This document shows positions 45,951 through 50,853 of a DNA stretch of 50,853 nt, piece after piece (the stretch's first letter is position 1; each line of letters begins with the position of its first letter). This DNA comes from Escherichia phage BEBK14. The translations under genes were made by a program, and so were the position numbers. The stretch lies in sequence record MN158214.1; one strand, given 5' to 3'. Below the pieces are notes generated by a model that searched no databases, was not told the origin of the DNA, and saw only the letters and a list, made by a program, of their open reading frames with translations.

Positions 45951-46655
45951 ATGTATAAAGGTTTAATATTCTCCCTATTTGATGGGTCTGGTAAAGCCGT
46001 TAAAGATTGGGCTGATAATGGCTATAAGTGCATTTGCTTTAATGCTGACGGTGGCGATCACGGTGATTACCAGTCAGTGCGCATAAAGCATGAGAATATC
46101 GAATATGTTAACGTCTGGATTGACGATGCTTTTTATGTTAAGGCAATAAATAATGAGTGGGGCAATCCTGATTTTATTATGGCCTTCCCACCATGCACTG
46201 ACCTTGCAAATAGCGGATCTCGCCATTGGGCTAAAAAACGCCTTGAGAATCCATCGTTCCAGGATGATGCCGCCGACACTTGCAGAATCGCGGCTGATAT
46301 AGCTGATTATTTCGGTGTTCCTTACATGATCGAAAATCCGGTTGGCAAGTTGTCAACGTTATGGCGAAAGCCTGATTATACGTTCCATCCGTGCGATTAC
46401 GCTGGCTATCTGCCGGAAGATGATAAGCATCCAGACTTCCCTGATATTATTCCGGCGCGTGATTGCTACTTTAAGAAAACATGCCTTTGGACTGGAAACG
46501 GCTTTATCGTTCCACAGAGAAAACTGGTATTGCCAACCGAGAAGGATAACCCAGGCTGGGCTAAAACTGGTGGCAAATCATCCAGAACAAAGATGATACG
46601 CTCCCTCACTCCGCGAGGATTTGCTCGCGCCGTATTTGAGGCAAACTCAAAATAG
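45951..46655 (+). CDS. putative DNA (cytosine-5) methyltransferase-like protein
   Basis: motif I-like FSLFDGSG, PC motif (PPCTDL), ENV-like (IENPVG); short for a complete C5-MTase. Confidence 0.45.
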   Translation: MYKGLIFSLFDGSGKAVKDWADNGYKCICFNADGGDHGDYQSVRIKHENIEYVNVWIDDAFYVKAINNEWGNPDFIMAFPPCTDLANSGSRHWAKKRLENPSFQDDAADTCRIAADIADYFGVPYMIENPVGKLSTLWRKPDYTFHPCDYAGYLPEDDKHPDFPDIIPARDCYFKKTCLWTGNGFIVPQRKLVLPTEKDNPGWAKTGGKSSRTKMIRSLTPRGFARAVFEANSK

Positions 46656-46668
46656 CACTTTTTGTTAA
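46652..46668 (+). promoter_or_regulatory. 17-bp box copy (extended form)
   Basis: contains TAG stop of MTase-like gene; hairpin 46672..46690, CATAAT, GTTTCAACGAAAAC. Confidence 0.55.
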
Positions 46669-46727
46669 AACGCCCGACCTTGAGTCGGGCATAATGCGTT
46701 TCAACGAAAACAACTGGAGAAAATCAA

Positions 46728-47114
46728 ATGAAAGTTATCCGCAATTCCGACAACAAATTGATGAACGGTCGCTATAAAACTGTTTACACAAAAGTAGCTG
46801 GCAGCGACGACGTGATCGAGATGGAGGAATTTCAGGTTAAGGCGCTGGCTAAGGGCGCGAAGTGGGAATCAGCCAACCAGGACGAATACCGCACTATCAA
46901 GGCAAAGACGATTCTATGTACGTTTGTTGATCACCGGATGGCAACCAAAAAAAGTTTTAAAGCTGGAAAGCGTTACCAGGTCGAACAGGGTCGCGCTCTT
47001 GGGGCAGTTGCTGGTTACGTCTTCGATGAGGACGGCGACCGATGGACGCTCTACCGCGAGGAGGTCGGATTCTCTGCTGGTTACTCTTATCTTTTTGAGG
47101 CCAAATATTCATGA
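46728..47114 (+). CDS. hypothetical protein
   Basis: preceded by extended box element. Confidence 0.45.
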   Translation: MKVIRNSDNKLMNGRYKTVYTKVAGSDDVIEMEEFQVKALAKGAKWESANQDEYRTIKAKTILCTFVDHRMATKKSFKAGKRYQVEQGRALGAVAGYVFDEDGDRWTLYREEVGFSAGYSYLFEAKYS

Positions 47115-47332
47115 TCCGCAGTGAATACCGATATAAAGTAACTCACGCCACAACTGCAACTTTCAAGCCTGGCGATATTGTCAGGCCAATAAAGAGAACT
47201 GCGGAAGGTTGGCTGATTGGGTATTCATATCACAAGTCGCTTTACTTCACTTTTAAGGATGATGTAACCGGAGAATGCTACAGCGACCGCCAGCCGGATC
47301 GCCTACTGGTTGCAATCGAGCGGATCAAATAG
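47111..47332 (+). CDS. hypothetical protein
   Basis: ATGA coupling; stop TAG inside box copy. Confidence 0.4.
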   Translation: MIRSEYRYKVTHATTATFKPGDIVRPIKRTAEGWLIGYSYHKSLYFTFKDDVTGECYSDRQPDRLLVAIERIK

Positions 47333-47345
47333 CACTTTTTGACAA
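47329..47345 (+). promoter_or_regulatory. 17-bp box copy (variant TTGACAA)
   Basis: contains TAG stop; TTGACA within box, TAACAT 47367..47372, 21 bp downstream. Confidence 0.5.
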
Positions 47346-47399
47346 ATAAGGGTAGTATTGGTGCGGTAACATACACTGCACCAAATAGGAGTCGATTTA

Positions 47400-48983
47400 A
47401 TGAATTTTTCATTTGAAACAAGTCAGTTATCACCGAAACAAATCATTGAAACCGCCGAATCTCAAGGTATTTCCCCTGTTCGTGTATCCATTCAGGCCAA
47501 CGGATACCGCCAATCTTCAAGCTATTGGGGTCAGGTGGAAGATATTAACGGCGGTAACGACCGCTACCCTGTCATTTCACTTGGGAATGATGTTGATGTA
47601 GTTGGTAAGCTGGCGCGCAATCTTGCGAGATCTGTTCAATTCCCTGAATCATCGGCCTACATGCACTTTATCGGATGTATTTCTGCCGCTATGCTTGGTC
47701 GATTCACAGTTGACTACCACGGAACAGATCAGCCGACCGCGCTTTACGTTGTGACAAGCCAGCCTCCGTCGGCAGGTAAATCCGCGATTAACAGTCTGGC
47801 TATTGCTCCTATGGTTGCAGAGGTTGATCGCATCAACGAGCAACGCAAGAAAGATCGAAAAAAGATACAGGCAAAACTTGCCGGACTACTAAAGGAGATG
47901 AAAAGCGAACGCTCCGGCGCAGATATGGAGATTCTATATCAAGAAAAAGAAGATCTGGAAGAAAAACTAAGCAAACTTTGCGATGTTGTTTTCCCTGTTT
48001 CCGACACAACGCCTGAGGGATTGGCAAAGATAAATAACAGGCAAGGCAACTTCGCGGTTATTTCTGATGAAGCAACCAGTATTAACAGTCTGCTTGGTCT
48101 GACTTACGCTAATAGCGAGCGCAAAACTAACAGCGAACTTGTGTTAAAAGCATGGGATCACGGCCATGTTTCTATCGCCCGTTCTAATGCAGACAATAAC
48201 ATGAGTTTTTTTGCGCTTGGATGTATGAGTGTTATCGCCCAGGATGAAACCATTAATGGCATCATGGATGCAGGATCTCGTGGCATCGGTGTAAGCGAGC
48301 GTTTTCTACTGGTGCGCGAACAGCCGTTAATCGGTACGCGTGTATTTGTGGATGAGAATGGTGATTCAACTTACGAACCAGTAGACGGTGAATTGAAAGC
48401 GCAATACTTTCAGTTGGTGCATAACATTATGAGCGAAATTAACGTTTCTCTGAAAGTTAGCCGTTCTGCAATGCGCGTGCTGAACATTGCACGCCAGGAT
48501 ATGGAACCGCATCTTGCCGACGGCGGAAAGTATTCGCATACGATGCTACGCGGTGCGCTGGGTAAAATGGATAAGCAGGTGATCCGCATTGCTGCCGTTC
48601 TGCATGTGATACGCAATTGGTTTAATCCTGCTGGATACCCGCAAAAGTCTAGAGAGATTGACGTTGACACGATGCAAGAAGCCTTGCTGATGTTCCATGA
48701 ATTGAGCAAAACGTATATCAGCGCGGCGAACGCGTCAGGCTATGCTGGTGATGATGCCGAGATGTCAAAACTGATTGAGTTAATCACCCGCCACGGTAAG
48801 GCAAATAAAGGCGTATTGAATGTCCGCGCTTTGTATGAGGCAGCACGCAAGGTAAAACCTTTCCTGGGGCAAGCTGGCGTGATGAAGCGCATAGAATCGC
48901 AACTGCTTCCGATGCTTGAGCAAAAAAACTACGTTTGTGTTATTAATGGTGTTATTTTTGTGAATCCTGTGTTAATGGGGTAA
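47400..48983 (+). CDS. P-loop NTPase, DUF3987/YfjI-like
   Basis: Walker A-like QPPSAGKS and Walker B-like VISDE; 527 aa. Confidence 0.45.
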   Translation: MNFSFETSQLSPKQIIETAESQGISPVRVSIQANGYRQSSSYWGQVEDINGGNDRYPVISLGNDVDVVGKLARNLARSVQFPESSAYMHFIGCISAAMLGRFTVDYHGTDQPTALYVVTSQPPSAGKSAINSLAIAPMVAEVDRINEQRKKDRKKIQAKLAGLLKEMKSERSGADMEILYQEKEDLEEKLSKLCDVVFPVSDTTPEGLAKINNRQGNFAVISDEATSINSLLGLTYANSERKTNSELVLKAWDHGHVSIARSNADNNMSFFALGCMSVIAQDETINGIMDAGSRGIGVSERFLLVREQPLIGTRVFVDENGDSTYEPVDGELKAQYFQLVHNIMSEINVSLKVSRSAMRVLNIARQDMEPHLADGGKYSHTMLRGALGKMDKQVIRIAAVLHVIRNWFNPAGYPQKSREIDVDTMQEALLMFHELSKTYISAANASGYAGDDAEMSKLIELITRHGKANKGVLNVRALYEAARKVKPFLGQAGVMKRIESQLLPMLEQKNYVCVINGVIFVNPVLMG

Positions 48984-49378
48984 TGATGTTCATTCTGGAT
49001 CTCTACAGATGGTGTGAGTCTTACGACTGGTTTACTCGTCAGCACATTGCAAAATTTATCTATCAGCACAGAGAATGTGAACGCCTGGCGAAGCAGGCCG
49101 GATTCACCCCGCGCATGTTCGCTTCCATGCTATCGAAAGAGTTTTGCGCAAGAATGATGGGCGCTGGTTATCTGGATGGCGTTGAAGGTAGATTTTGGTG
49201 CATTGACGGATCTGCCCGTAGGCCGTTCGGATTCGAATTTTACACCTTTGAGGGAATGCAAAATGAATGGATAAGGGATATGGCACGGATAGGAGAAATG
49301 AGTGATGATGAACTCTTTGGAGCAAAGTCTAATAGACAAGATATTGAAATTTTGCGCCGTAAATTCAATATCACATGA
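48983..49378 (+). CDS. hypothetical protein
   Basis: 131-aa ORF coupled to upstream gene. Confidence 0.4.
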   Translation: MMFILDLYRWCESYDWFTRQHIAKFIYQHRECERLAKQAGFTPRMFASMLSKEFCARMMGAGYLDGVEGRFWCIDGSARRPFGFEFYTFEGMQNEWIRDMARIGEMSDDELFGAKSNRQDIEILRRKFNIT

Positions 49379-49499
49379 TGATTTCATTCATGCGTTACTT
49401 ACGCTGCTTTTATCGGATATGCGTGCCTTTGACACTTCCGAACACAATTTATGTGATGATGATGGTGTCTTGCTGGTTACGGTGAAGCGGATGGAATAG
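49305..49499 (+). CDS. hypothetical protein
   Basis: AGGAGA RBS; stop TAG inside box copy. Confidence 0.3.
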   Translation: MMNSLEQSLIDKILKFCAVNSISHDDFIHALLTLLLSDMRAFDTSEHNLCDDDGVLLVTVKRME

Positions 49500-49512
49500 C
49501 ACTTTTTGTTAA
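49496..49512 (+). promoter_or_regulatory. 17-bp box copy (extended form)
   Basis: contains TAG stop; hairpin 49516..49534, TATATT, GTTTCATCGAAACGAA. Confidence 0.55.
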
Positions 49513-49571
49513 AACGCCCGGCTTATAGTCGGGTATATTTGTTTCATCGAAACGAATATGAGGAAAACAAA

Positions 49572-49790
49572 ATGAGCAACAAATTTTTTACCGTGGCGCT
49601 GATTATCAAACATGAAAACGGCACTACCACTGAGATCCCTACAAAATTCCCAGCCGACTCCTGGACTCACGAGCAAGCTGTCGGATATGTTGAGGAAATG
49701 GCTAAACGCGTAATGGCTGGTCATTATGATATTGAATTTCAGGAAAACCAGAAGCTAACAAATCATTCACACGAATGGCCTGATGCTTAA
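49572..49790 (+). CDS. hypothetical protein
   Basis: GAGGAAA RBS; followed by terminator. Confidence 0.4.
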   Translation: MSNKFFTVALIIKHENGTTTEIPTKFPADSWTHEQAVGYVEEMAKRVMAGHYDIEFQENQKLTNHSHEWPDA

Positions 49791-49795
49791 AAATA

Positions 49796-49821
49796 AAGGA
49801 GGCTTTAAGCCTCCTTTTTCT
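49796..49821. terminator. rho-independent terminator between early operon and lysis cassette
   Basis: AAGGAGGCTTTAAGCCTCCTT + T5; near-identical stem to 119..141. Confidence 0.65.
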
Positions 49822-50191
49822 TTGTCCAGAAGTAGATAGCAAGCATTACGGCGAATGTGGCAAAACATACGATTATCGGGTCGTACCATCTGCCGTTATC
49901 ACCCTGCACAACCTGGATTTTTTCCGCATTGATGGTATTGGCCTGAATGGTTGATGCCTTAACCGTCTTCTTGCTGGATGTATCCACCTTTTCGACCTTC
50001 GATTCTTTAAAGGTGTTTTCCTGCTTGCTGCTGGAGTCTTTTTTTGCGGTAATACCAACGGCCTGCTTCACGTTCTCCGCGCCAGCCTGGGCGCTAATAT
50101 CTGGCTTACTTCCGGTCAGTAGGCCAACTGGACTTATAGCAGAACAGCCGGACAATAAAACCGCCAGTGCAATAGCTGTGATTCGTTTCAT
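49805..50191 (-). CDS. unimolecular spanin (lipoprotein with C-terminal TM helix)
   Basis: lipobox LLSGC at N-terminus plus C-terminal hydrophobic helix; follows endolysin. Confidence 0.6.
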   Translation of the reverse strand: MKRITAIALAVLLSGCSAISPVGLLTGSKPDISAQAGAENVKQAVGITAKKDSSSKQENTFKESKVEKVDTSSKKTVKASTIQANTINAEKIQVVQGDNGRWYDPIIVCFATFAVMLAIYFWTKKKEA

Positions 50192-50679
50192 TACAGATCC
50201 CTCATGCAGTATTTAAACTCAACCGCGCGACGGTTGCGTAAACCTTTAGAGCGTTCTTTCTTTCCGGTTTTAGGATTCGTGAATTTATCCCACCGCCATA
50301 ACTGCTGGCACGCTTCCGGCAATCTGCCCTGATTAATCAGTTTAAGCATTGTCGAATTGCGGAATGCACCCACACCAGCGTTAAAAGTGAAACTATACAT
50401 CGCCGCTCTCATCGTGGCTGGGATTTCAACCTTCACGCGCTTGTCTACTTCATCCTTCGCCACCTTGATATGTTTTGCCAGTAGCGCATCGCATTCGCGC
50501 TTTGTGTAGGTCTTGCCGATAATCACATCTTTTCCGGTGATTCCGGCGCATACCGTCCAGACTCCGGCAATATCTTTATATGGCGTGTATCTGATCCCTT
50601 CGATTTCCTCAAGAAGTGGAGAAGTAAGAGCAAGCGCAGCGCCGATGGCGACGGCGACGACGCTATTTCTTGCGCTCAT
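50191..50679 (-). CDS. endolysin, GH24 lysozyme with SAR-like N-terminus
   Basis: lysozyme-like core; weakly hydrophobic Gly/Ala-rich N-terminal segment. Confidence 0.7.
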   Translation of the reverse strand: MSARNSVVAVAIGAALALTSPLLEEIEGIRYTPYKDIAGVWTVCAGITGKDVIIGKTYTKRECDALLAKHIKVAKDEVDKRVKVEIPATMRAAMYSFTFNAGVGAFRNSTMLKLINQGRLPEACQQLWRWDKFTNPKTGKKERSKGLRNRRAVEFKYCMRDL

Positions 50680-50853
50680 TATTTACCCCTAATTTCAATT
50701 GCTTTTTTAAAGTCACCACTATCAAGCGCCTTCTGGAAGGCTTTACTATCACGCCACCGCAGATAAGCGCCCCACACGCCGAAAATAGCCATCAATACGA
50801 AGCTGGCAATTGCAATTGCAGTTTGTCCGGTTACTGCTCCCGTGATTGATGCA
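50679..50853 (-). CDS. holin, partial (N-terminus beyond window end)
   Basis: frame open to window edge; hydrophobic segment then charged C-terminus; stop overlaps endolysin ATG (TAATG). Confidence 0.5.
   Translation of the reverse strand, partial: ASITGAVTGQTAIAIASFVLMAIFGVWGAYLRWRDSKAFQKALDSGDFKKAIEIRGK

Noticed and set aside
2026-49512. Interpretation of the boxes as canonical sigma70 -35 elements or as N4-type hairpin promoters
   Set aside because: Spacing to the -10-like hexamer is ~22 bp rather than 17 +/- 1, and no virion or single-subunit RNA polymerase gene is present in the window; the promoter class is left open.
1-50853. CRISPR arrays, rRNA genes, integrase/attachment sites
   Set aside because: No regularly spaced direct repeats with unique spacers, no rRNA-like sequence, and no tyrosine or serine recombinase recognisable among the translations; consistent with a virulent phage genome.

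Overview
The window reads as an almost complete genome of a T1-like (Drexlerviridae-type) siphophage; this is inferred from gene content and order alone, since no search could be run. The left ~12 kb carries replication and recombination genes (Dam-family methyltransferase, VRR-NUC nuclease, SF2 helicase, Zn-ribbon/Toprim primase, SSB, Erf, exonuclease). A plus-strand island at 5.6-10.1 kb holds an HTH regulator, the primase and tail-fibre genes. A long minus-strand late operon (14.1-34.5 kb) encodes terminase, portal, prohead protease/scaffold, capsid, neck, major tail, G/T chaperones, tape measure and lambda-like M-L-K-I-J tail tip proteins. Between 34.5 and 49.8 kb lie roughly 40 small early genes on both strands, including a P-loop kinase, an HAD phosphatase, a C5-methyltransferase-like protein and a DUF3987-like NTPase. 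The right end carries a lysis cassette (unimolecular spanin, SAR endolysin, truncated holin). The most striking unexplained signal is a dispersed 17-bp box (consensus ATAGCACTTTTTGTTAA) present in at least 18 intergenic copies. In most copies a -10-like hexamer sits about 22 bp downstream, and the box often supplies the TAG/TAA stop of the upstream gene. Other signals are two divergent AT-rich control regions sharing homologous blocks and GTTCGCG repeats, a perfect 60-bp in-frame tandem duplication in a structural gene, and a GC-rich ~200-nt untranslated leader. All protein calls rest on motif recognition in the supplied translations; start codons were adjusted by RBS inspection (the ORF track uses GTG/TTG starts in places).
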